From Trichodelitschia bisporula (Eukaryota): a stretch of 64,000 nucleotides of DNA. The position numbers were made by a program, and so were the translations under genes. The stretch's first letter is position 1. Every line of letters starts with the position of its first letter. Positions 48,035-61,109 of the stretch are shown here, one piece after another. Below the pieces are notes generated by a model. It searched no databases and was not told where the DNA came from. It worked only from the letters and a program-made list of their open reading frames with translations. The stretch lies in assembly GCA_010356995.1 (NCBI GenBank), contig ML996705.1, forward strand, positions 186,001 to 250,000. Reading direction: 5' to 3'.

Positions 48035-49039
48035 TGCGCCAAGGAGCCGCTACGAAGATAGTAGAGGTAAGACGATGCGGAAAAGAGTCTGCGATTCGCT
48101 GTGTAAGAGAGAAATGATACCAATAGGGTGGGATCGATGGTTGGGCGATAATGAGGCTCAAGGAAGCTGTCGTAGGTTGAGAGGGAAGGAGCTTTTGGTG
48201 GGATGGCAGGTATCTATCCCGCCTGTGGCTGACTGCCTTGACTGGCTGAGTTGAGGGGCCCCCGATGCCTGGAGGCTGACTAAGCGGGTGGAGTTCACCG
48301 AGGGCAAAGTGGTGGCCAATCAGAGAATAGAGATTCTCGATCACCGGAGCTATCATCGGTCACGCGTCGACCTCGAGTAACCGGTCTGCTAGCACGTGCT
48401 AGGCGCCGGGTCATCAATATTCTGACGGAACGGGATTCAGCTGTGGCTGGTGAATGCGACTCCGGTGTGATGATGTCGCGTCAAACGGCTGGCACTGACC
48501 GACGCGACTGTGGCCCCGCAATCGGCCGGTAGACAAAGTGGAGCCAAGCGAGACTGCGGAACCATGTCCGGGATATCAAGATCGCTTTCCACTAGCGCCG
48601 CTAGTATGAAGATAGCCGACTGAGATAGCCGACCGGTCTTAAATTGGAGCTAGATCATATTCCGAAGCTTCTATGAGCTAGACCTTCATCAGTAGTGAAT
48701 TGCATATGGTACCTTTAGCCATCGATGATTAGCCGAACCTGCTGGGCGGAACAACGCTGAAACACCCATTCCGAGGACAACGCATCAAGACGCAGTATGT
48801 ACTTTGTATTTCTGTAGCTCCAGCATACAAGCCTATGCGGAGTGAAGTGACGCCAAATGAATTTCGAACAGGCTGCCCCCAGGCGTTTTTGATCATATCA
48901 TGAGCTCGCAATCCCCCGACTCCTTCAAGCACCTTCAAAAGCAGCCAATCCCACGATCCCACCCAGGGATATCCAGAACGCCTCCGCTCAGACCTCAGCG
49001 GTATCCACCAGCCGCCCACCCCATATGATACGCCATCCT

Positions 49040-50319
49040 TTACAACTCCATAGAACCCAGCGCCTCCTCTACCTTTTGTGTCGGCTCAGGCCTAAGAATT
49101 CCCTGCGGCCAAGTGAGCCAAAACTGCGCCTCCTCCGGTTCCATCTCCCCCGCAATCGATCGCAACGCACTCGGGCCAAAGTTGTTAGTGAACCACCGCT
49201 CAGGCAACAACTCCCAAAGCACTACAAAATGCCCTAATATCCCCAGTGCGCTACCGTGTCGCCGGCGCAGCAAGTTCACATAGTCGCTCGGAACGTGCGT
49301 CAGCCACGTGACCACAACCCCAGATCGGAATGTGCGCGGTGCTAGCGCCAGCACGTTCTGGTAGACCGCCTGCAGCTGGTTCAGACAGTCGGTGCAGGTG
49401 GAGGCAGCCTCGGCATCCTGGTCCGCAGCAATGCGGGCGCGCAGCGCCTCGAAGTGCATGATAAGGTGCGGCGGCAGCGGGGTATCGTGCGGCGCTATTT
49501 GGTGTTCGTACATCATGGCGTTGAGAGGGGTGGTGGCAAGGTGCCCCCAGCAAGTCGCGGTGATGTGCTTGATGCTATGAGTCAGGGAGAGAAAAGCGAG
49601 GAGGTCGGGGAAGGGACACGGTTCGTGGAGGGCCGGGCCGGGCTTGGTGGCGATGGTGGAGATAGAGAGCACAGCGAGAATAGCAGACATTACAAAGACG
49701 GCGACGTAGTTTGATTCGTCCAGGTGGGGCAGCTGGGCGCGGTAGCCTTCGAGTGCAAGGCTGAGGTGGTACTGCGACTGCATTTCGAAGCGCGCGCTGT
49801 CTCTGGGGCGCATGCGCGATAGGTGTACGGCGGAAAAGGCGAGCATGCCATGCATGAGGAAGGGGTGCGTAGTTGCGACCTCGGGGAAGTAGGTTTGCCA
49901 GAGGTGGGTGACGGCCTGGCTGTGGCCGACGGACGGACAAGTGGATGTGACATAATGGCTCATGAGAAAGAGGTCCTGAGCCCAAGTCGAGGTGTTGGGG
50001 AGGTCGCCAGGCGATAGAAGAAGGAAGTTGTACGGATCCGGGCTTAATGACGATTGGGGGGACTGGACTGGTTAGCGGGGTGGGTTGGCCAAAGCGGCCA
50101 GAGCATACGGTTTCCTGGGAGTTGTACGACGTGAGGCTGCATTCCTCGTTCCGGCGGATGCAGTTGGCGCATGGTGATTGCTCGTCACACTGTCGCCCCA
50201 TCAGCAGCGAAAACACAAGGCAAAAGGCGACTGACCTTCACTTTGCGCTGCTTACACCGCAGGCAGCCATTGCGAGACTTGGTATGTCCAATTCGCGATG
50301 ACTGCATGTCACCCGCCAT
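49040..50319 (-). CDS. Zn(II)2Cys6 transcription factor, Upc2/sterol-uptake-like family
   Basis: HTKSRNGCLRCKQRKVK|CDEQSPCANCIRRNEEC, then DLFLMSHY, HPFLMHGMLAFSAVHL and WLTWP. Two introns. Confidence 0.88.
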
Positions 50320-51008
50320 TTATGCACACCATTTCGCGACCGTCTGGAAACGTCTGTGAATCGAACCGGCGGAGCCAAGGCAATTCCGCTTGATGCACCG
50401 CGTTCATCTATGGAGGTGTGATGCGCGCGGGTAAGACCCCTCGCTGCGTGAAGTCGCGAATGTCGTCCCTCAGATCGACAGGGATCCCGGCCAAGGGCGG
50501 CAATCGCCGAGGCTTTTGTGCGCGAGTCACGCCTCCGCCAATCCATGCGGTTTTAATATCGGCGTCAAATTGGTGTTGGTGGAGCATCATATCGCAGTAT
50601 CTGAGTCGAAAGCGTTGCGCTGCAAGTGCTACTATCTTGCTAGTGGTGGAGATAGGGTCCACCACCCGCACTGGTTCGCTACACCTCACCAAGCACCAAG
50701 GAATCACGGGACGATGGATCGCATCGCAAAGGAGGTATCATTATGGGCTTCATCTTCAAGACGTTCTTATCAGAACCGTACCTTCATTGCCGACCAACCT
50801 CCCACCATGACGCACTCAGCATTGTCTCGATACTCCTCGAACAGCAGTTGACTGCCGACTCAAGTCTTCCAAATCATTCAAGCCAGACGAAGAGCTCACT
50901 GAGAAACTCGCTAACGATGCATTACAGAGAGTATCGCAACCACAAATGCTCCAATGCATCTAGACTACTCACCTAGAATGCCACAGCTACATTCAATCAC
51001 TCAAGCCG

Positions 51009-51698
51009 TCAGGACCCGACGCACAACAACCGCATAAACACCAGGACCAGAACCCCCACCCACAAACTCCAAGCTCCACGCCCACCCATCCCCAGCACCA
51101 CCTTCCCAGCCCCATTCGCCGACGTAACCGTCTTCACCACGCCCACCTGCCCCGTAATCGTGCCCATTCCGATTGACCCCGGCGCCGGCCCCTCCCACTG
51201 ATCCACCACTCCCCCAAACGTCTGCGTGTACGTTATGGGCACCCACGTTGTTATGGCGCCGATCGTCGTCTCGAGCCACTGCGTCGTTACGGGCGGGACT
51301 TGGAGAGGAGCCGTGGGTGAGGGCAGGGCGGTGGGAATGGCGGGGGCTTGGCGCCGCCTGGAATGTTATTTTGCGGTTTGGGCTGGAATGGAAGCCTACT
51401 TCAGTTCACCGATTGCGGGTAGGACGTTTGCGTGGAGGAGTGAGGGGTTGGCGGAATGGAAGGGTGCGGGGCTGGCGGGGTGGAAGGACGTGTTGCTGGC
51501 GGGGTGGAAGGATGCATTGATGGCGGGGTGGAAGGGTGCGGTGGTGGCGGTGTGGAATGAGGGTGGGGTTGGGAGGGATAAGGCGTGGGTGCGGGAGGAG
51601 AACACCCTGACGGTGAGGATGATCGGGATGAGGAGGAGGACGGCGAGGATGATTGGGATTGTGAGAAGGGCGACCATTGTTGCGGTATGCGAGAACAT
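51009..51698 (-). CDS. Kre1-like secreted/GPI-anchored cell-wall protein (about 215 aa)
   Basis: Hydrophobic N-terminus. Intron 51358-51399 yields ELK|RRQ (Kex2 site). TTWVPITYTQTF...GSIGMGTITGQVG matches the Kre1-type motif. Hydrophobic C-terminal tail. Confidence 0.75.
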
Positions 51699-51876
51699 GG
51701 CGTTGATGGTGGATTTGAGAAATGAGACAAGTAGCTGGTTTCAGCACTTATCAACAACCGCAAGACACGAACCAGTAGGTCTCTTGACTGCGCCTGCTTC
51801 GCCGGGCAAAGGAACGGCGGCATTCTCGAACCAGTAGGTCAACTGCCGCAACCGTTCGAATAGAGGAAGTGCCATC

Positions 51877-53008
51877 ATGTCTTTAAGACGCAGTACCGGG
51901 CCCAGTGGCCTTATTTGCACACTTCGCAGCTTCTCACTTCTCTTCCAGCCGCAGTTCCGCTCCAACAATGGTTCGCAGACATCAAAGCTACCGATACCAC
52001 GATGATTACCCATTTCAGCAAGTACATCGAGCAACTCCCGAAGAAGGAACTGGCAATTCAGCGGTTACTTACAAGCTCTCTTGCGCGGCAACTGGCCTCC
52101 GCCGGCGCCCAAGTGCATCACCCGACGTCGCGTAGCAGGCGATTGCGAAAAGCTGTCACCGACTCCGAAGGCGCATCCGATTCTGACAACGAATCGAGCG
52201 GTTCGCTTAAAAACTTCGTCGTGCCGGATGATGATGAGATGGAGTACGAGGAAGACACCCACGGCCTCCCGGATGACGGTGATGATGACACAGCGGAGGG
52301 GGCCGACGAGACAGCTTCACCATCCGAGGACGGAGTTGTGGAGGACTACGTTGGTGAGAGGATGGTAGGGCGTCTCCGTCTTGCTCGCATGAAGAAAAAG
52401 AACGCATTCGAACTTGTCGTTCGATATCATGTCAAGAAGGAAGCCTGCGGCGTCGTCGAAGAATGGGGCCTAACAGCTGCAGCGCGTCACAGGCTGGACA
52501 ACATTTCCGAGAGCTCTGGATTCAGCATTACGTCTTCCACTTGGATGGGACGTTCCTAAATGCCTTGGCGCAAAACAATCTGTCAAGGGTCCTTCCGAAC
52601 CTGACATATCCAAAGCAGACGCATTGTGGTGCCTGCCGTCGGCCTTGCAAAAATGTCGATTTTGTCTTAGACTTGAGATATTTTTTCCTCAACGATCCTA
52701 ACATCTTTTGCGAGAAATGGTACCTTGGCCCGTAAGTGCTCCTGCCTTTGCAAGGCGTCTATTTACAGTTCAAAGAACATGCAAAGAAAAGGCTGAAATC
52801 GTTCATCGCGTTTGGCACTGGGAACAGTGCATATTCTAACAGGTGCGGGGCCTACAGGCTCAATCTCACCAACCAGTTTCCCAAGCTCGAAAGGCTTGAA
52901 GGACAAGCTAAGGCCGACAAAGTCCTCGAGCATCTGGTGGCAGACGGCGGGATCGCGCAGTGGTATCGAGAATACTACGCGGATCGGTTCAAGGGTATGG
53001 ACAAGTGA
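51877..53008 (+). pseudogene. Disrupted DUF4211/CCDC82-like gene
   Basis: SLKNFVVPDDDE, SSTW/..FLNAL, CGACRR and GP|TCKEKAEIVHRVWHW fall in order but need a frameshift near 52550, a TAA at 52837-52839 and a second frameshift near 52848. Start uncertain. Confidence 0.55.
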
Positions 53009-53588
53009 GGTTCGGCAGGTCAAGGCGTCATGTCGTTATCTCGGAATCTTGGTGTGGGGTTGAGCGGCGCAGTGGCGCAGCGGGGTGCATGGCTCTCCTA
53101 CATTAGCCTGATGACTGCCATATTTGGTCGATTCTGCGTTGAGTCTTCGCGATCGTAGCTTAATGGTCCTGATTTCGGTCTTTCTCCCAAATACAATGCG
53201 ATTACACATCTTCAAAGAGCATGCATAATGGCCCGACAAAAAGCTTGTCAGGCTTAACAAGTTCCTGCCAAGGCGGGAGTAACCACTGACATCACTATAT
53301 CGTTGCAACTTCGACCCCACACTGGCTGCCCCGCCACCCCGCCATGAACTGACGCAAGGGACCTAAGAAGCTTCGATTTTCCCATGAACCCTTTGAACCG
53401 ACCTCCTTCGGTCCCCATCCTCTTCAGACCCTCATACCCTCTGTCACACCCGCTTAATTGAACTTCCTGCTTTCTTTGAGGACAAATGGCGTGAACAAAT
53501 CTTTTCATTGACTACATCAGAAACAAGCAATCAACCGCAGTTTTGTCCAGCATTACTCCATAGAGGAAAAGATCAGCAACTCGACTAC

Positions 53589-55331
53589 ATGAAGATGGGT
53601 GCAGAAACCACATCAAGCGCGGCCGTTCAGGCGTTAGGTAGTATGTGATAGTGCTTGCTTCTGGCAATCCACCTGACAAGGCCAGATTCCGACGACGACG
53701 GAACGGACTCAGAGCTTCACACCTTCGAGGTAACTAAACCTACATGAAGACTCAACGTGCTAATCTCGAAGGTGTCTTTTGATGAAGCAGGCATCCGTAG
53801 GCGCAAGTCTTCACTCGTGGCGAGCACCCGGCCTCAAGGTCGCCACCCCCAGCACCTCACGAACTGCTTTGTCCACCAGCTTCTTGGCGAGTTCGGGGAG
53901 GAAGGCAACCGCACGCCCATCGTCGACCTGCCGTCGGCTAGCCAAATAATAGACAAGATGCCACTTGAGCCTTTGAACCAGCATGCCCCTACTCAGTCAA
54001 GGCTTTTGACCAAGCAACAACTTTCGGACATGTCGCTCGGCATCCGCGAACTCTCCAAGAAGCTGGCGCATATGAAGCTGAAGCCGAAGGTGCGGAACAT
54101 CTTCTTGCTCACCAAGATCCACGATGATACCCTGGTTGAACACACCCGAGAGCTTTCGGAGTGGCTACTGAAGTCGAGTCCGGCTTATAACGTGTATGCT
54201 TTCTTGGGACAACTTTGGTACCCTTTCTGACTTGGCCCAGCTACGTCGAGGACTCGTACGAGCACAATCCATTGTACAACTATCAAGAGATCCTGGCGAG
54301 CGACCCGTCTTTTACTGGGCGGCTTCGATTCTGGGATGTCGAGCTCTGCCGTAAAAAGCCTCAGACATTCGACATTGTCATTGCCGTAAGCGAAACCCCT
54401 TTCCCTTTTGAAAGTGTGTAACCGTAGTTCAGCTCGGTGGAGATGGCACGGTACTGTACGCCAGTTGGCTATTCCAGCGCGTCGTGCCGCCCGTCCTCTC
54501 CTTCGCCATGGGTTCCCTCGGCTTCCTCACCAAGTTCGACTTCCAGGGCTACCAAGAAACCCTCACGCGGATGTTCAACGATGGCTTCCTGGCTAACGTG
54601 CGTCTGCGCCTCGAAGTGACCGTCATGAGGAGCCAAAGGCCGAATAAAAAGCGGGATCTGGTGGAGGAGTTAATTGGAGAAGAATGCGAAGACGATACCA
54701 CTCACCGGCCAGGAGAAACGTATAACATCCTAAACGAGGTCGTAATAGACCGCGGACCGAATCCTAGTGAGTGTGCTTCATCATCAGTACGGCCAGACTC
54801 TGACCTCGGCAGCCATGTCCACCATTGAGGTCTTCGGCGACAACGAGCACTTCACCACCATGCAAGCAGATGGGATATGCGTCGCCACGCCCACCGGCTC
54901 GACCGCGTATAACATGGCAGCCGGAGGCTCGCTCTGCCACCCGGACAACCCCATCATTCTCCTCACAGCCATATGCGCACACACACTGTCCTTCCGCCCA
55001 GTAATCCTCCCCGACACGATGGTGCTCCGCGTCGGCGTGCCCTACGACGCACGAACAGGGTCGTGGGCCAGCTTTGACGGCAGAAAGCGGTGAGTTTACA
55101 TTCAAGCCTCATTTCAGTTCGCGTCTCGCTGATTTGCGCAAAAGCGTCGAGCTGCACCCCGGCGACTATGTCACCATCTCCGCGTCTCGCTATCCATTCC
55201 CCTCCGTGCTTCCACTTGACCGTAAGAAGGACGCGTGGATTGACAGTCTGAGTCGGACGTTGAATTGGAACTCGCGACAGCGGCAGAAGGCTTGGGTGGA
55301 GGGAGGCAAGGCGGACGGGGCTCAGCCTTGA
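53589..55331 (+). CDS. ATP-NAD(H) kinase (Utr1/Yef1-like), multi-exon
   Basis: [85 protein letters not shown] and [10 protein letters not shown]. About six introns. Start codon tentative. Confidence 0.92.
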
Positions 55332-58300
55332 GCGGGTTAGTTTTCACCGGGCGCCAACGGGTGCTTCCGTGCCGCGTTCGCCGTGTTCTACGTTTCTTTT
55401 TATTTGCATAGCCACGGGCTCCTGGATACGAGATGTCTCACTGGTTTGGAAGGGCGGGAGCCTGGATCGTGGGGAGAGTTTGTTGCTTTTTCAGGCGCGA
55501 ACATGGGATTGGGCGTTGTGGGTGAGCGTGATGCGGGGGTCACTTGACAAGGGAGTGAGGACTGGATGGATGCCCGATTCTCATTAGGTATCTGGAGGGT
55601 AGGTTTAGCGGAAGGATCACAGCGTGGGATGTCGGAAGGAGGCGTGTGGGAGTTTTCAGGTAGATTCTCTGGGTGCTCGGATGTCATGTCGCATCACCGT
55701 CAACTCACCGATCAGTATTGCATCCAAAAAAAAAAATTCATATCCATAAAGCCTCACGCCGTTAGGCTACGTGCTAGGCAATTGTGACGATTGGCATACC
55801 GGCGCCACTGGCATGCTGCCGAGCTGAAGAGACTGCTCTCGAGACCGCCATACCCGAATCGGGGATCTAATGAGCAGCCGTGACACGTGACGTACATCCA
55901 TCTAAAGCGGGAAGTATCAAGCATCGCCAAAGACGTCATCAGCCTGCAGATCAAGTCTCTGCGCCCATCCATCCATTCCCAGCCGCGCCTGATCACAGCG
56001 TTCCCAAAAACACAAAGATCCGAAACCGCAAAACGTGAGCATCGGTCACTGCTCCGGCCCTGCAAGGCCGTGGGACCTGCGCTGCGGCTCGAATTCCAGG
56101 CGGACGGTAACCTAACCTAGCCGTGCGTGGTTTGGCCCGAAAGCCATTGATGCGAGTTAACAGCCGATATCGAGCAAACGCCGATGCAGAGATATCCCGG
56201 CGTTCGGCGGGTTCCTTGTGCGCTGAACGCGCTCTTTTGTGAGGCTCGGTCGCGTGGAATGCCGTTTCGAGTCTGGCTTTTCGAAGCTGGTATCGCAGTC
56301 GAGAAGGGTGATCCCAGAATCCAAGTCCAAACGGCGTCCAGTGGCGATAGGGCTAGAGGCGCATCGGCACACCCCCAGTGGCGGACCGGTTTGATGAAAC
56401 GCAGTAATGAAATGGCATTCCCCAAAAGGCGAGACGTCGGGAAGTTTGCTAGGATGTCGGATTCATCGGAGGATCGTTCCCTAAACGGCCGCATATGCTC
56501 CCGAAGGAGTGTAGATCCGCAATTCGGGGGCGGGGTGCTAGTTCTAGTGTCGGGGATGGTAAGTGTTCTCGGAAGATGGCGTTCCCGGTGCCTGAATGAC
56601 TGACGCCGCTGGGGATTTTTGCTTCTGGTAGAGATGGCGGAGGCGGACTCGTCGCCGTGATCTGATGAAGAAGTTGCGACGGGTGGCGATCGGCACTAAC
56701 CGCACAGATGGGTGGTCTTATCTGATGCGGGATCCGCGCTCGGTCCACGCAAGGCAACGGCGGAAGCAGATTCTGCAAACACAGGGCGGTTGTACGACGC
56801 GAGCTTCACATTCGGCATTAGTCGCCTATATCGAACAAGCGTGAGAATGAGGGTATCTCCGCTGCTGCCTCTCGTGGACGACGCCGTTCCCCGGATACTG
56901 CGCGCCCTTCCATGCTTGTACTTCGCCGTTATATGCCAGGGGAAGGAATATCGTAACCCCGCGCCTAATCCAATGCCCAAAACCGGGCCGCCATACAATC
57001 CCCGGCTATCTAGAATCTGCTTACTCGATTCCAACATCCAGCCTCTTGCCTTGCAGACCCGGGCCGCACGACGGGGTTCTGACCGCCTCCACGCATTCTC
57101 GACCGTTAGGGCAGGCAATTCTGGGCCTGGGACCTTGCAATCAGCCTTGCAAAACCACATCGCTCTCTGTCTGGGTGAAAATTTTTCTCGCATGTGCGCG
57201 GCTGTTTTGGGGAGGGGGATGGGCTGGGCTAACGGTTGGATGGTCCTTTGGTCCCTGATGTGAGATGCTCGGTCAGGGGTCCTCGTATTTCTGAATCCTG
57301 TGAGGCACCGATGCACAGATGCTGATGTGGGCGCGCGTCCCGCGTGAGCAGTGCGTAGAGATGCGCTGGCGCCGTTGGGGGTGACTTGGGTTCTGGGCGT
57401 TGTGCTTACCGGTACATCGTTGTAAGCATTTCGATGCTCGTGCTCACAGTCCACGGCCCACAACGACTGTTAATGACGCCCCATATTCGGGGAACAGGTC
57501 GCAGCCCCGACTCGGAAAAAGAGAAGAGAAAAGATATCTTCAGCGGTTACGGCGTCGCGACCCTTAACGCCTTGATTGAAGTTCCCGTGGAGGCTGAGGA
57601 GTGGGGTTGTGATTGTGGAGTTTTCCGCGTCGGCTCGTCTGCACGCTCCGTCCCGCGTGTGGGTGCGGCTGGAATGTGGGGTGGGTGTGTGGGCTGAGTC
57701 CGGGAGGGTGGATCATCGCATCGGGCTGGGGATCGACGTGTTGACACGTCTGTCCACATCTCCATTGACGTTGGTAATGCGTGGAGTGCAGATTGTGGAG
57801 TGTGGAGTGCGGATCTCGTGCTACGGAAGAACTGCAGAGCGCTCCTTCCACGGTATCACCACTGCAGAGAACAGCATCCAACCTCCGGACCCCATCCAAC
57901 ATCAGCGACTTGCAGCGTCCAAGGTACAGTGCCCGCCGGTGTGCGTGTTGGGCGACGTGCAGCTGCACTCCTATCCCCGCTATTCTGCTGCTGCATTCTG
58001 GGGAAGCTGGCCTACGGAAGCCAATGCGTTGCATGGCGGTTGGAGGCGCCGAATGAGGTGCGATTCAATGAGGCCATGAGCCGATTATCCCCTTTATATT
58101 TTGCGCCTTACAGTAGCTTCAAAGTATCACTTCAGCTAAAAGCCTATCTAGCGATACTCCCCCTCAGTCTCGCCTCGAAGAATGCCGCACTGCCGCACCT
58201 CCCTCCCCTCCGTATCCAAGGCTTTACCGTATGCGGCCAAGAATACGTCCCTGGCCGGGCTCGCATCCATTGGCTGGTAGAAAGTGCTCTGCATCTACGG

Positions 58301-60266
58301 TAGAGCCGGCGGCCAAGTGGTGCCCGCATTTTCGCAGAGGTGAAGATCGATCACTGCGATCCTGTCAAACAAGCTTCGGTACGCGCGCTGGCCATTGCAG
58401 GGCGCATCCCTCCTCCTTACGCAACTCGCCGGTTTCACGGAATTACCTGCCCACCCCTCTCTGAGCCCTGCTGTGCCCTGCCGGTCCAGGGCCTACGACG
58501 AGCTGTCGCCGGGCTCATCTGCTTCGCCGGTCCTACCCCTCATCCTTCTCGTCGCTCTTCCTTCCGCGTCGCACCGGGTTGTCACTGTTTCAGCAAAAGG
58601 TGACAAACTGCTCTGTCTCTCCCTTCGAGCTGCCCCTGGACGCTGACATGCCAGTCGGGAGAATGCGGGAAGGAGTCGCCTGGCGACGCACGACATGATA
58701 GCCGCTGCCGCCGGGCGCCTATCCGTGCCCAATGTCAGCGATGAATGTCACTCGCCGACGCCGCCGCCGAGGTGCCCAGGCCGACGGGCTCTAGGCCCTC
58801 ATCGCGTTAATTTATGTCGACGCCAGGGCGACGGGCAAGCCTGGAAGGATCGTGAGAGGACGGAACGGCACTGTACGTTGTTGTATGCTTTCGTGTCTTT
58901 GAAACCTGGAGACGGAATGCTCATTATTTCCACCTGCCTGTGACCGTAAATTGCGGATGTTATTCATAGGTGCCTGCACGCTTCGAGAGCCTTACATATC
59001 CGGGGTGCAGAAGAGATATCCCACTAACCAGAGCGAAAGCCAAATTTTCTGCGCAGGCATTGGCCATGGGGCTGGGCTCACGCTACGGCCCCAGTCAGAT
59101 GAGCTGGCTCCCGGAAATGGCTGGTGATGATGGTGGGGAGGTGGTGAGGGGTGGAGGGGGTGAAGCACTGAAGCAAACTGGTGGACAGGTGGAACAAGAA
59201 GCCACAACGAAAACATCATCGCGCATCCATCATCATCACTGGTGGCCGCAACTCCACACTCCTTATTCCCTACCGTATTCCTCAAGCCTTTCTTCCACCC
59301 CCCTTCATCGGTGGACGGCAAATGCCCCCCTTCGGGCTGCTTCTCATCCGCAGCCTCAGCCAGTTGAACACGCCTCTCCAAGAAGCCCAGGCCAATAGCC
59401 TAGTAACGTAATCCCCTCCCCCGCCTCGTCAACGCCTCCTCCGCCCTCTCACCCTCCACAAGCCCCCCCAGCCGATCAGGGGACCCCCCCATGTCGATTC
59501 GTGCATTGCGCTCCTCCACCCCCGCCCTTCTCCGCATTATCCGCTCAGGTGGTTCGGGCGCAGAACTGGGGCAAACACACAACGGAGCTAAGGATCTCGC
59601 TTGGGGCTGCCACTCTTCTGCTGCACAGGTCAAGTGCTCACCTGCTCATCCACATAGCCCTTCAATTCCTCCCCCAATTCCCTCCCCTCCATTTGACAAA
59701 ACCCAATCCAATCTAATCCAATCCAGTCCTGTCCTCCAACATCCAAGGCCGCTGCCGTCTGTCATCGCTGCGGGGAAACCCAGAAAACGCAGTTCCCGTT
59801 AGTCATTCTCACGGGAACTATTCGCCCCCCAACTCCTCACATCCCCCATCAAGGCCAACACCACATCTTCTCCGCTCGCCCCGCCCCGCCCCTCCGCAAA
59901 ACCGCGTGCCCGTTACCCATTTCCGGCCATCTGCAGGTCTGTGCTCCAGGCACTCAGCAATCCCCATCCCTGCTGCCCCTCCCGCCGTGCCCCGAGCCGC
60001 CGTAACGAAACACAATGTCGCCCTGCTGCTGGCTGTAACACGACGGGGCACGCCGTATAACAACCACGGCTCCGACGCCGACCGACGTTACCTTCCTGGC
60101 TTTCCCTTCACCCGGACCTCTGCTTCTCGGAATCGGGAACCAACCGGCGAACAACGCCATATCCAGCCTAACGGCCCGGATATCAGAACCTGCGTCGCCT
60201 GATCCGCACACCTCACCTTAACTCGCCATCACCCTCACAATGCGCACCCACCCACCGTAATCACGC

Positions 60267-61109
60267 ATGGCCGCGCCCACCTCCCCACCACCAACAACAC
60301 CAACTACCTCACAACCCCCCTCGACACCCACCATGCTCCTCCCCCCCCCCTACAAATTCACCTCCCCCACCCCCCTCCCCCCCCACACCCTCCCCCTCTT
60401 CACCTCGCCCCCTCTTCCCCCACCCATCAAAAACCGCAAACGCCCCCGCCCCACCAGCGACATCGACGGCGCCCTCGCTCCCTTCGGCAAAAAAAAGCGC
60501 CGCCTCCGCCTCCTCCTCATAACCTCGCGCCTCTCCCGTCCCTTCTCAACCCCCGCCTCACACTGCGCCGACCGCGGCTCCTCGCGCATCGCCGTCTGGG
60601 CCCGGCAACGACGGCTCGCAGCGCATGGCGAGCCCAGGGCCGCGCTGCGGCGGGCAGCGGTGTTGAATAGTGCGCGGAGGGCGGATCCGGCGTTCGCCCC
60701 TCAACCACCGGCGCCAGAGAAGGAGGAGGATGAGGGGCGTCCGGCTGAGGTGCCGAAGAGGAGGGAACGATTACCGCCTAGTCCGCTGGGGTTGAGTAAT
60801 TATGCTGCGTTGGATGAGGATGATTATGCGCCGTGGTACTGGGGGGATGAAGAGGAGGATGAGCAGGCGGGAGGACGGTGCGAGGGGCCGGGCGGGGAGA
60901 GAGTGTACTCTGATTTTAATTTCTTTGATCCGTTGAGGCAGGAGGAGGATGAGGATGAGGATGATGATGCGATGGAGGGGGCGAGTGGCGGGGCGGTGAA
61001 GGGGACGGTGCTGGATACGGCGCGGAGACCACCGAGTCCGCCGGATGAGATGGAGATTGAGAGGGAGAGGGAACGGCAGAAGGAGGTTTCGTTTGTGCGG
61101 TTCGATTAG
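60267..61109 (+). CDS. Conserved fungal protein of unknown function with NLS-like basic tract
   Basis: RKRPRP..DIDG..KKKRRLRLLLITSRLSRPFSTPASH, LPPSPLGLSNYAALDED, VYSDFN and RPPSPPDE. Confidence 0.75.
   Translation: MAAPTSPPPTTPTTSQPPSTPTMLLPPPYKFTSPTPLPPHTLPLFTSPPLPPPIKNRKRPRPTSDIDGALAPFGKKKRRLRLLLITSRLSRPFSTPASHCADRGSSRIAVWARQRRLAAHGEPRAALRRAAVLNSARRADPAFAPQPPAPEKEEDEGRPAEVPKRRERLPPSPLGLSNYAALDEDDYAPWYWGDEEEDEQAGGRCEGPGGERVYSDFNFFDPLRQEEDEDEDDDAMEGASGGAVKGTVLDTARRPPSPPDEMEIERERERQKEVSFVRFD

Noticed and set aside
16409..51698. Killer-system link between MKT1 and the KRE1-like gene
   Set aside because: 32 kb apart, both widespread housekeeping families, no toxin gene seen.
56696..57463. 255-aa minus-strand ORF
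   Set aside because: No domain and composition typical of random GC-rich frames, with an overlapping ORF on the other strand.
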